In this document: positions 36,184 to 48,454 of the stretch, in pieces
How the letters are laid out: every line of letters begins with the position of its first letter
Position numbering within the stretch: the stretch's first letter is position 1
Source of the DNA: Tubulanus polymorphus
Lineage: Eukaryota > Animalia > Nemertea
DNA length: 64,000 nt
Assembly: GCF_964204645.1 (NCBI RefSeq)
Contig: NC_134029.1
Span: 13,046,850-13,110,849, forward strand
Direction: 5' to 3'
Translations under genes and position numbers: made by a program
The notes under the pieces: generated by a model
Seen by the model: the letters and a program-made list of their open reading frames with translations, nothing else
Database searches by the model: none
What the model was told of the DNA's origin: nothing

Positions 36184-38829
36184 GATATAGTGTCGAATAT
36201 TAAGGTCATTTCGGCAGATTCTTTTTTTTAAAGTGATATTAAAGCGATCATTCAAGTGAGCCTCGAGTTGTTGCGTTCCAACTCGACAAGTCGCCATATT
36301 TATGTCGATATATCGCAACAATTCGACATGAATATGTCGACATATCCTGACGTTTTGACGACTTGAAACTCAGTCGTCATATCACTGGCGTCCTCATCTT
36401 TCAGCAACGCCAGTCACATGGAGTCGTACGTGTTCTACTTTCTGCGACGCGACACGACTGTCACAACCAACCGACGCGCTCTTGCAACTGGCAGAAACTA
36501 GTCGCACACAATCGTATTGCAAGCGACTTGCATCGAAACTTGCGATGCAACGTGAGGATCGCATCATGTCACAAGAACAACCTACGTCTGGCTTTAAGTT
36601 ACTGCGGAGCACCAGCAATATCTTTTTTATTCGTTCAAAAGACCTTTCGCTTGAAAATTCTTTCGTCAGATCAAAATTTATTTCGTTCGAACCAATAATA
36701 TTCTATACAATTGAACCAATTTGAAAAAATCGTTAGAACAAAGTTGAACAAACTTTTTTTTGTCCAAACGAAAGGTTTTTCGTTCGAACAATCATTCAAT
36801 TGAACAGAATCGTTTTAATTTGAACAGAATTTTCTTGTCAGAACATTAAGTTTTTCGTTCGAACAAGTATATTGAAAAAAGTTTTTTCTCCGAACCGAAA
36901 GTATTAAGTATTTCGTTCAATCGAACAGAATTGTTTTCATTCAAACATTCGTTCGAAAAAAATTCTTTTCGCTCAACCAAATTTTTTTTCATTTCAACAA
37001 TAACATAGCTTTTTATTCGAACACATTTTTTGTCAGAATGAAGAAAATTTTTGGTTCAAGCAAAAAGCGTATTGTTCGATCAAACAGAATTATTTTCATT
37101 CGAACAAGATTTTCTTGATGGAACATTAAGTTTTTTGGTCGAACAGCGTGTTAAGGTCGATTTGGAAATTTACTCGGTCTGGTATATGTAGGATTACTGT
37201 GTATGCCATTTGTCAGGACAATAAACAGAAGACAACTTAGGATACTACCTTGCGTGACTCCACTAGTTTGACCGACTTATCCCAAGATGAGGCGTTCCGT
37301 TGATTTCAGCTACAAGTTTTCGTTCAGAGATAACTGCTGAGCCATTTGGGCGACCTATCATTGATACTGTTTCCTAATAGCCTGTTTAGTAATGGCTGAT
37401 GTTGTGCCTTGTCAAATGCTTCATCAAAATCCACCGTTGAACAGGCTTCTAAGACTGTGCAGAAAACCCGTTATCGCTGCTTTGCAGCTATATTTATTAT
37501 TATCATTTTCTTCCACACTATTTTTACCAAAAGAACATAGCTTTTGTTACCTTACCGCTGTTTCATATACAATCCATATAATATCGTTCAGCTCACTGAG
37601 ATCTACAAATAGCCCGCGTGTTTTTTCACGAATCATCGTTACAAAAGCGCTGTCGGGCCGTAAACATCGAAAATTTAGCCCCATTCAATGGAGCGACATG
37701 TTTTTCGAGTCGTCATCCCGAAATCAACCCGCAGGCCGACTGTCACTTCGATTATCAATTCAAGTATAAATGAACTAATTTATTGCCGCAGACTTCAAAT
37801 TCAGTCGCGGTCTTCAAACAGTGATTTTAACAATAGCCCATTTTCCTCATCAAATCCTATTACCGATACACTGGAAATTTACTCCTTTAGATTTTAAAAG
37901 CACTGTCGAGCCGTAAACATCGACGAATCGACGTGTGTTACTACATCGTCGTTCCGGGGATCAGCTGCGAGTTTCTCCTCATCATGAGAATCAAATCGAG
38001 TACAAATTAATTTATTACTACCAGTGATTTGGCTGCGGGTTTCAAGGAGTTAGTATAACAATACCTTTATTTCTTTACCGAATTAACCGTGTATTTACTA
38101 AGATAAATCTTTAGTGTACCGGGGAATCGTAGGCCTAAACGAAACACGCCGAAGAGATATAGCGGAGAAAAGCTGTTATGTCGACGAGGTATCAAAATAA
38201 AAGAATATATTACTTTATTCGGCCGCGGGCTTCAACCTCTATATCAATACCATCAATACTCTATATTTCCTACAGTACATACCGATCATTGTCAAATGCA
38301 CAAGGTATTTACTAAAGTATATAACACACTCCTATCCGTATGCTGGACTCACACTTGACATTCGGAGTAAGCGTTCGCTGTGGGGGAAAGGGATCGTTCG
38401 CTGTGTCGCTTGAAGTGTTTATCGAGTTTGACGCGGCTTTAGGCCTACCGGTACTGAGCTTTACCGTATCAAACAAACACAGTACAATTGTTGCGTTTAT
38501 TAACGGACTCATTGGATTGAACTTCAAAACAAAATTTACGATATTTAGGTGGGTTGTTAAATTCAATAGGCCTCCGACCAATCTGTCCGGATGTTAGGCC
38601 TACGCATATACATAGGCCTACATAGGCTAGTAGCCTCTACTAGGTTAACCGTTCGCTGTGGGGGAAAGGAGATCGTTCGCTGTGTCGCTTGAAGTGTTTA
38701 TCGAGTTTTACGCGACCTTAAGGCTTTAGTATGGTGGCTGATAAGGGCCATGCGTATAAAAAACATGTATATGCAAATGAGGGCGACATTATGACAAAAC
38801 GACAAAACTAAAATAACGCGACAAAACAA

Positions 38830-41800
38830 TAATTTTGGTTTTGTCACCCGCGACAATTCATTATTTTGGTTTAATCGCCCGCGACAATTCATTATTTGGT
38901 TTTATCGCCCGCGACAATTCATTATTTTGGTTTTGTCGCACGCGACAATAGCGATAATTCAAGATTTTGGTTTTATCGCCCGCGACAATTCAATATTTTG
39001 GTTTTATCGCCCGGGACAATTCATTATTTTGGTTTTATCGCCCGCGACAATTTTTTTTCTTTTTGTCGCGGTTTTATCGCCTGCGACACTTCAATATTTT
39101 GGTTTTATCGCCTGCGACAATTCATTATTTTGGTTTTATCGCCCGCGACAATTCATTTTTTTGGTTTTATCGCCCGCGACAATTCATTAGTTTGGTTTTG
39201 TTGCCCGCGACAATTGAATATTTTGGTTTTGTCGCCCGCGACAATTCATTATTTTGGTTTTATCGACCGCAACAATTCATTTTTTGGTTTTGTCGCTCGC
39301 GACAATTCAATATTTTGGTTTTATCGCCCACGACAAATCACTACTTTGGTTTTATCGCCAGCGACAATTCATTATTTTGGTTTTGTCGACCGCGACAATT
39401 CTTCTTTTTGGTTTTGTCGCCCGCGACAATTCACCATTTTGGTTTTGTCACCCGCGACAATTCATTATTTTGGTTTTATCGCCCGCGACAATTCATTATT
39501 TTGGTTTTGTCGCCAGCAACAATTCACCATTTTGGTTTTGTCGCCCGCGACAATTCACCATTTTGGTTTTGTCACCCGCGACAATTCATTATTTTGGTTT
39601 TATCGCCCGCGAAAATTCATTATTTTGGTTTTATCGCCCGCGACAATTCATTATTTTGGTTTTGTCACCCGAGACAATTCATCATTTTGGTTTTATCGCC
39701 CGCGACAATTCATTATTTTGGTTTTGTCGCCCGCGACAATTCACAATTTTGGTTTTGTCGCCCGCGACAATTCATTATTTTTGTTTTGTTGCCCCCACAA
39801 TTCTTTTTTTGGTTTTGTCGCCCGCGACAATTCAATATTTTGGTTTTATCGCCCGGGACAATTCATTATTTTGGTTTTATCGCCCGCGACAATTTTTTTC
39901 TTTTTGTCGCAGTTTTATCGCCTGCAACACTTCAATATTATGGTTTTATCGCCTGCGACAATTCATTATTTTGGTTTTATCGCCCGCGACAATTCATTTT
40001 TTTGGTTTTATCGCCCGCGACAATTCATTAGTTTGGTTTTGTTGCCCGCGACAATTGAATATTTTGGTTTTGTCGCCCGCGACAATTCATTATTTTGGTT
40101 TTATCGACCGCAACAATTCATTTTTTTGGTTTTGTCGCTCGCGACAATTCAATATTTTGGTTTTATCGCCCACGACAAATCACTGCTTTGGTTTTATCGC
40201 CAGCGACAATTCATTATTTTGGTTTTGTCCACCGCGACAATTCTTCTTTTTGGTTTTGTCGCCCGCGACAATTCATTATTTTGGTTTTGTCGCCTGCGAT
40301 AATTCACCATTTTGGTTTTGTCGCCCGCGACAATTCACCATTTTGGTTTTGTCACCCGCGACAATTCATTATTTTGTTTTTATCGCCTGCGACAATTCAT
40401 CATTTTGGTTTTGTCGCCTGCGACAATTCACCATTTTGGTTTTGTCGCCCGCGACAATTCACCATTTTGGTTTTGTCACCCGCGACAATTCATTATTTTG
40501 GTTTTATCGCCCGCAAAAATTCATTATTTTGGTTTTATCGCCCGCGACAATTCATTATTTTGGTTTTGTCACCCGAGACAATTCATTTTTTTGGTTTTAT
40601 CGCCCGCGACAATTCATTAGTTTGGTTTTGTTGCCCGCGACAATTGAATATTTTGGTTTTGTCGCCCGCGACAATTCATTATTTTGGTTTTATCGACCGC
40701 AACAATTCATTTTTTGGTTTTGTCGCTCGCGACAATTCAATATTTTGGTTTTATCGCCCACGACAAATCACTACTTTGGTTTTATCGCCAGCGACAATTC
40801 ATTATTTTGGTTTTGTCGACCGCGACAATTCTTCTTTTTGGTTTTGTCGCCCGCGACAATTCACCATTTTGGTTTTGTCACCCGCGACAATTCATTATTT
40901 TGGTTTTATCGCCCGCGACAATTCATTATTTTGGTTTTGTCGCCTGCAACAATTCACCATTTTGGTTTTGTCGCCCGCGACAATTCACCATTTTGGTTAT
41001 GTCACCCGCGACAATTCATTATTTTGGTTTTATCGCCCGCGAAAATTCATTATTTTGGTTTTATCGCCCGCGACAATTCATTATTTTGGTTTTGTCACCC
41101 GAGACAATTCATCATTTTGGTTTTATCGCCCGCGACAATTCATTATTTTGGTTTTGTCGCCCGCGACAATTCACAATTTTGGTTTTGTCGCCCGCGACAA
41201 TTCATTATTTTTGTTTTGTTGCCCCCACAATTCTTTTTTTGGTTTTGTCGCCCGCGACAATTCAATATTTTGGTTTTATCGCCCGGGACAATTCATTATT
41301 TTGGTTTTATCGCCCGCGACAATTTTTTTCTTTTTGTCGCAGTTTTATCGCCTGCAACACTTCAATATTATGGTTTTATCGCCTGCGACAATTCATTATT
41401 TTGGTTTTATCGCCCGCGACAATTCATTTTTTTGGTTTTATCGCCCGCGACAATTCATTAGTTTGGTTTTGTTGCCCGCGACAATTGAATATTTTGGTTT
41501 TGTCGCCCGCGACAATTCATTATTTTGGTTTTATCGACCGCAACAATTCATTTTTTTGGTTTTGTCGCTCGCGACAATTCAATATTTTGGTTTTATCGCC
41601 CACGACAAATCACTGCTTTGGTTTTATCGCCAGCGACAATTCATTATTTTGGTTTTGTCCACCGCGACAATTCTTCTTTTTGGTTTTGTCGCCCGCGACA
41701 ATTCATTATTTTGGTTTTGTCGCCTGCGATAATTCACCATTTTGGTTTTGTCGCCCGCGACAATTCACCATTTTGGTTTTGTCACCCGCGACAATTCATT

Positions 41801-43400
41801 ATTTTGTTTTTATCGCCTGCGACAATTCATTATTTTGGTTTTGTCGCCTGCGACAATTCACCATTTTGGTTTTGTCGCCCGCGACAATTCACCATTTTGG
41901 TTTTGTCACCCGCGACAATTCATTATTTTGGTTTTATCGCCCGCAAAAATTCATTATTTTGGTTTTATCGCCCGCGACAATTCATTATTTTGGTTTTGTC
42001 ACCCGAGACAATTCATTTTTTTGGTTTTATCGCCCGCGACAATTCATTAGTTTGGTTTTGTTGCCCGCGACAATTGAATATTTTGGTTTTGTCGCCCGCG
42101 ACAATTCATTATTTTTGTTTTGTTGCCCCCACAATTCTTTTTTTGGTTTTGTCGCCCGCGACAATTCAATATTTTGGTTTTATCGCCCGGGACAATTCAT
42201 TATTTTGGTTTTATCGCCCGCGACAATTTTTTTCTTTTTGTCGCAGTTTTATCGCCTGCAACACTTCAATATTATGGTTTTATCGCCTGCGACAATTCAT
42301 TATTTTGGTTTTATCGCCCGCGACAATTCATTTTTTTGGTTTTATCGCCCGCGACAATTCATTAGTTTGGTTTTGTTGCCCGCGACAATTGAATATTTTG
42401 GTTTTGTCGCCCGCGACAATTCATTATTTTGGTTTTATCGACCGCAACAATTCATTTTTTTGGTTTTGTCGCTCGCGACAATTCAATATTTTGGTTTTAT
42501 CGCCCACGACAAATCACTGCTTTGGTTTTATCGCCAGCGACAATTCATTATTTTGGTTTTGTCCACCGCGACAATTCTTCTTTTTGGTTTTGTCGCCCGC
42601 GACAATTCATTATTTTGGTTTTGTCGCCTGCGATAATTCACCATTTTGGTTTTGTCGCCCGCGACAATTCACCATTTTGGTTTTGTCACCCGCGACAATT
42701 CATTATTTTGTTTTTATCGCCTGCGACAATTCATTATTTTGGTTTTGTCGCCTGCGACAATTCACCATTTTGGTTTTGTCGCCCGCGACAATTCACCATT
42801 TTGGTTTTGTCACCCGCGACAATTCATTATTTTGGTTTTATCGCCCGCAAAAATTCATTATTTTGGTTTTATCGCCCGCGACAATTCATTATTTTGGTTT
42901 TGTCACCCGAGACAATTCATCATTTTGGTTTTATCGCCTGGACAATTCACCATTTTGGTTTTATCGCCAGCGACAATTCATTATTTTGGTTTTGTCGACC
43001 GCGACAATTCTTCTTTTTGGTTTTGTCACCCGCGACAATTCATTATTTTGGTTTTGTCGACCGCGACAAATCACCATTTTGGTTTTGTCGCCCTCGACAA
43101 TTCACCTTTTTGGTTTTGTCGCCTGGACAATTCACCATTTTGGTTTTGTCGCCCGCGACAATTCATTATTTTTGTTTTGTTGCCCCCACAATTCTTTTTT
43201 TGGTTTTGTCGCCCGCGACAATTCATTATTTTGGTTTTATCGCCTGCGACAATTCAATATTTTGGTTTTATCGCCCGCGATAATTCATTATTTTGGTTTT
43301 ATTGCCCTGTGACAATTTATTATTTTGGTTTTGTCGCACGAGACAATTCATTATTTTGGTTTTATCGCCCGCGACAATTCATTATTTTGGTTTTGCCGCC
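38830..43400 (+). repeat. 31-bp satellite array 2 with higher-order repeats (~1430-bp and ~904-bp periods)
   Basis: Identical variant series offset by 1430 (39254/40684, 40095/41525) and by 904 (41525/42429, 41742/42646). Confidence 0.97.
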
Positions 43401-44403
43401 CAAAGAAAATTTTGAAGACGCTTTGATCAATTACCTTGATGTTTCGTTTATATTTGAATCTACCAAAGGCCCATCAGCATAAGAAAATTGGGTCGATCTG
43501 ACTCAAGATGGCCGTCCTATGACCTTTTTAGTGCCCAAAAATGTCAACTTTGGCCAGAATTCTAGGTCCTGTAGCTTCCTACTGGTTTGCCATTTCTCAT
43601 TGCAATTGCTGATGGATATTCTTTAGAGAGGGATGTTTTATACCTGGGACAGGTATTTTTGATCAGCCAATTATGACGCAATTGGCGGCCATCTTGGTGT
43701 CATCAGTACTCATTCGTAGGTGGGAAAAAGTTTTTCCACAATTAATCGATACCTAAGCATATTGTGTTACTATATTCAATAGGAAAGTTGTAGCCCATAA
43801 CGTGTTCTATGATTTTGGTGAGTTTCAAGGTCATTGATTTTTGTATGTGGCCATCAGGGGGCGTTGAATAATACAATAACTTAGTATCGCTATCTTATAT
43901 TTGTACCAAGGCATATTTTGTTACCATGATCCATTGCAAAGTTGTAGTTCATGACATCGTCTATGATTGTGGTGAGTTTTTAAGGACATTAGTTATTCCA
44001 TATAGTCACCAGGGGGCGCTGAATAGTAGAATGGCTTAGTATTTCCTTATTAGATTGGTACCTAGGCATATTTTGTTACTATGATCAATTGCAAAGTTGT
44101 ATTTCATGACATGTACTACGATTGTGGTGAGTTTTAAGGTCATTGGGTTTTGCATATGGTCACCAGGGGGCGTTGAATAGTAGAATAACTTAGTATTTCC
44201 ATATTAAATTGGTAACGAGGCATATTTTGTTATCACAATCAATTACAAAATCATAGCTGCTCACATTTTCTATGATTGTGGTGGGTTTCAAGGTCATTGG
44301 TTTTTGTATATGGTCACTAGAGGGCGTTATGTATTGAAATTGTTAGATTGTTGAGCATTTGAAACCACTGCCCAAGTGAGCATGGTGTCCCTGGACCCCT
44401 AGT
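43401..44403 (+). mobile_element. 3' part of a second HINE-like family nested in the satellite; contains ~4 x 154-bp tandem units
   Basis: aaagttgta at 43784, 43938 and 44093; ends in a gtcc-ct-ggac hairpin plus ctagtt; satellite resumes at 44404. Confidence 0.6.
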
Positions 44404-44700
44404 TTGGTTTTGTCGCCCGCGACAATTCATTATTTTGGTTTTGTCGCACGCAACAATTCAATAGTTTGTTTTTGTCGTCTGCGACAATTCATTATTTTGG
44501 TTTTATCGCCCGCAACAATTCAATATTTTGGTTTTAACGCCCGCGACAATTCATTATTGTGGTTTTATCGCCCGCGACAATTCATTATTTTGGTTTTATC
44601 GGCCGCGACAATTCATTATTTTTGTTTTGTCGCCCGTGACAATTCAATATTTTGGTTTTCTCACCCGCGACAATTCATAATTTTGGTTTTGTCGCCCGTG
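44404..44700 (+). repeat. 31-bp satellite array 3
   Basis: Same unit as arrays 1 and 2. Confidence 0.95.
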
Positions 44701-45134
44701 GTTTTGTCGGAACATTAAGTTTTTTGTCGAACAGTGTGTTACGGTTGTTTTGGAAATTTACTCGGTCTGGTATATTTTGGATTACTGTGTATGTCATTTG
44801 TCAGGACATTAAACAGAAGACGACTTAGGATACTACCTTGCGTGACTCCACTAGTTAGACCGTCTCACTCCAAGATGAGGCGTTCCGTTGATTTCGGTTA
44901 CAAGTTTCCACGTCTCACTCCAAGATGAGGCGTTCCGTTGATTTCGGTTACAAGTTTCCATTCAGAGATAACTGCTGTGTCATTTGGGCGACCTATCATT
45001 GATACTGTTTCCTAATAGCCTGTTCAGTAATGGCTGATGTTGAGCCTTATCAAATGCTTTGTTGAAATCCACCGTTGAACAGGATTCTAAGACTGTGCAG
45101 AAAACCCGTTATCGCTGCTTTGCAGCCATATTTT

Positions 45135-45870
45135 TTGTTATTATTTCAACATTTATAATTTTATTAGTTTCATTTTCATATATTTCAGTTATTTTTTTAA
45201 TATCATCAATAATAAAATCTTCATCTAATTCATACAATTTTAAAGAATTTATAATTAAATAAGTAATTTTTTCTACATTATTAGTTTCTTTATTTATTGT
45301 TTTTACATAAGTGAATATAATATTTTTAATATACATCATTCATTTCAAATTGCATTTCTTTAAATTCAAAACCAAAACATTTACTCGCCTATACAGTTAT
45401 TTTCATATTTATATTGAAAAAAATTATTCTTTACATCTTATAACTAATTCATAAATTACAGGGAAATCATTTAAATCGATTAAACATCCATTATGATTTC
45501 AAACTTCTAATTCAAAATTATTAAATCGCGGAATACATGGTTTAAAATCACATTCAGCTAAATAAAAATTTATTTGTTTTCCAAATCGTTTAACATTTTT
45601 AATGGTTTTAAAAATTTATTTTCATTTGCTTTGAATGTTTTTAATGGGTCAATTAAATTGCAATAAATATAAAAATTAGTAAAACTCATCATTAAATTTG
45701 ATCTAGAATTAACATTTGAATAAAGTTTATTAGGTGTAATACCTAAAATTTTAGCTAACGGTTTTCTTACTATAAATCTATGTTGTTCATCATTAGCTAA
45801 CTTTATTCTAACTCTATTACTATTATCACTTTTTAAGAATTTAATTCCAAATCCAGCCGATCCAGAATCT
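45135..45870 (-). mobile_element. Polinton-like segment (copy 3, right part) including a penton-like fragment
   Basis: KSDNSNRVRIKLANDEQHRFIVRKPLAKILGITP matches ORF 19254; ORF 45339 continues as KYYEDGN-stop at ~31885 once the HINEs are removed. Confidence 0.7.
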
Positions 45871-45981
45871 AGATTCTGGAATCAACAAATATTCTATGTT
45901 CTTTTAATTCTACATTAATTTACTTTAAAAGATTACCTCAAACCCTACAAAAATAATTTTGATGAAGTTTTTCTTTAATAC

Positions 45982-46510
45982 ATGGATAAGAAGAAACCTT
46001 GTAAAATGTGTGGTGAATTGCAAACTAAAAGTCACATGGCTAGACGCATGAAAAGACATGATGAACCCCTTAAAATAACGTGCCCAAATTGTAATAAAAC
46101 CTTTTCAAAAAATTATTTTTTAAAACATTCAGAAAAATGTAAATTCGATGAATTAATAGTTGATAGTAACGAAAATGATAATAATCCTGGTGAAATTGAA
46201 CCAGATATAATATGGAAAAGACCTTTTTTATTCTATGATAAGAATAATATAAAAAATCATTGCTGCGAGTATTGCCAAATAAAATTTAGTCCTGAAAATA
46301 TAGAAGATTGGGAGAATCATCAATTAAATGGTGCACATTTAAATGAAATTTTTAATAAATCTTAAATAGAATTTAATGAGAGAACAAATAATTTCTTTGA
46401 AAAAATGAAATATGAGAAAACGGCATCAAATAATAAAGAAACACTTGAAATATTTGAAAAACAATATAATGAATAAGTAAGAAAAACATATTATTGTAAA
46501 TATTGTACAT
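45982..46510 (+). pseudogene. C2H2/C2HC zinc-finger ORF, probably Polinton-derived
   Basis: CKMC..HMARRMKRH, CPNC..KHSEKC, CEYC..H..GAH; AT-rich codon usage like the Polinton genes. Confidence 0.5.
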
Positions 46511-46521
46511 TGATTATTATT

Positions 46522-46880
46522 ACAGGGTGTCCCATTAATTACTATACATAAAGAACTGCCTGTCATTTTCAAACCGTTTGAGATAAATCCGCCAAATCTT
46601 CAGGAGGGATGGACTATAACAATACTTTTCACCACACAAAAATTACTTAACTAAAATCCAGTTAGTTTACAAAATATTCTAGATGGGAGAACCTTTCAAT
46701 TTTATCACACGATTCAGTGTATTGTTGAAATTTCTCAGTACGTTGCCAGTCACCAGTGTCATCGCAGATGTTTATCTTTAAATCACCAATAGTCTCTGGT
46801 TTGTTTTGGTACACTGTATTCTTCAGCTGGCAAGTAAAAGTCCACTGGATTTAGGTCACATGAGTATGGGTCCAGTCGTT
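46522..46880 (-). mobile_element. Tc1/mariner 3' fragment with terminal repeat
   Basis: ta|cagggtgtccc terminus; W..YSCDLNPVDFYL..LKNTVYQNKPETIGDLK. Confidence 0.75.
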
Positions 46881-47009
46881 TACAGTTTGCAGCGCAGTGA
46901 TTCTGTCACCGAAATGCCTATGCAGAACATCAATTATTGTGCGTGCTGTAAGACATCGCTCACCAATCCTGCTGGAACCACACTTTGAGACTTCCTCTAG
47001 ATATCTACG

Positions 47010-47870
47010 AAGTTTTGTAATGGAGTACTGGTGTTAAATCTGAACCTCATAATGTACACTTTGGAGTAGCGCAGGGCTCAGTACTTGGCCCTCTACTTTT
47101 TCTCGTATATGTTCTGCCCTTAGGGCAGTTAATACAATTTCACAATATCAATAGGCATGGCTTTGCTGATGATAAGCAGGTGTACAAATTAATAACATCA
47201 ATTCGTGATTCGGGTGCTGTGACATCACAACTTGCAAAGGTGGAATCGTGTCTTGCGGCTGTGTACAATTGGTACACTGCAAACTTCCTGAAGGCCAATG
47301 CCACTAAAACTGAGGTTTTCTTGTTCGGAACCAGCCATGATTAAATTAGTTTCCATAGATCATCTGACAGTTGCTGGCACTCGCGTTGCTCTTAGTACTA
47401 AATCTGTGCGGAATCTTGGTGTCATATTTGACTGTGAGCTCTCTATGAGAGATCATGTTCAATCACTTTTAAGGAGTGGATACTACCACATCAGGAATAT
47501 TGTCATAGTTAGAAAGTACCTTACTACCGATGCTACTAAATCCCTCGTTCAAGCATTAATTTTATCGAGACTGGATTACTGTAATAGTTTATTGTGTGGA
47601 GCCTCTAAGGACCTCATTGATGGTTAACAGAGACTGGAGAATTGTGCAGCACGACTTGTTTGTCTTGTATCGAAGTATGATCACATAACACCAGTTCTTA
47701 ACGACCTTCATTGGCTGCCAGTCAAAGCAAGAATTGAGTTCGAAATTCTTCTAATTACATTTAAAGCATTAACAGGATGTGCACCAGTTTACATCAGTGA
47801 ACTCATTCAGTTATATGCTCCTGCGCGTCAACTACGTTCATCTTCACACCACAGACTTTCTGAACCACCC
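47010..47870 (+). mobile_element. L2-clade LINE reverse transcriptase fragment
   Basis: [50 protein letters not shown]. Confidence 0.92.
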
Positions 47871-48454
47871 GGAGGAGCTCATTTGAACTTTATTACTATG
47901 GAAAACTGCGCTATATAGATAACTATTATTACTATTATTATTATTACTGAATCGGCATCTTATGATAGCCGGCTCCATTCATAGTCGGCATTTCTTTGTT
48001 GTCAAAAAAAGTATAGCCCGATTGTAGGCCCACGGGGATGACCTACTGCATGGTTAATCGAAAGATCACACCTCGTAGACAACAGAGAGCTCACTTGATG
48101 ACATTAAGTGGCTTCTCTGCAATCAAATAGGGATTCTTAAAACCAAAATCTACGGTAAAATTGTTTAAATATCGATATTATAATTCTATTTCATGAACTG
48201 ACAAACAAAAAGAAACAAATTGAGCGAGATGAAATGTGGAATAATATAGAACTTTATTCAAATGAAAAAAATGAAATTGAAGAACCTAAAGAAATTATAG
48301 AAAACGTTTAGCTGAATATTTAGATGAAAACAGTTATTATTTACCTATGAAAACGATATGTTTACGAGTTACTAGTTTAAAAAACCGTTATTATTACATG
48401 AAATATGATCATTTAACAAATACATTTAGCTATGAAACATATTAATAATTAATA

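Larger units (their letters stand above)
31909..37495 (+). mobile_element. Helentron-associated interspersed element (HINE/DINE-1-like), unit 1
   Basis: 5' agggttttctg..cagaaaaccct inverted repeat (duplicated as a 51-bp block), (att)n, central tandem arrays, 3' cagaaaaccc plus gctgc-ttt-gcagc hairpin; T-rich insertion site. Confidence 0.75.
37496..45132 (+). mobile_element. HINE-like element, unit 2, head-to-tail with unit 1
   Basis: 37496-38830 duplicates ~32010-33360; 44705-45132 duplicates ~37120-37495 (with an extra 50-bp tandem duplication at 44861-44960); same 3' hairpin. Confidence 0.75.

Noticed and set aside
33470-43400. CRISPR-like array of ~31-bp repeats
   Set aside because: Units are directly adjacent with no unique spacers, there are no cas genes, and the context is eukaryotic.
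33623-44718. Many long overlapping ORFs (up to 735 aa) with repeats such as VLSPATIHYFGFIARDNSLFWFYRPRQFII
   Set aside because: Artefact of a 31-bp stop-poor tandem unit cycling through all three frames; not genes.
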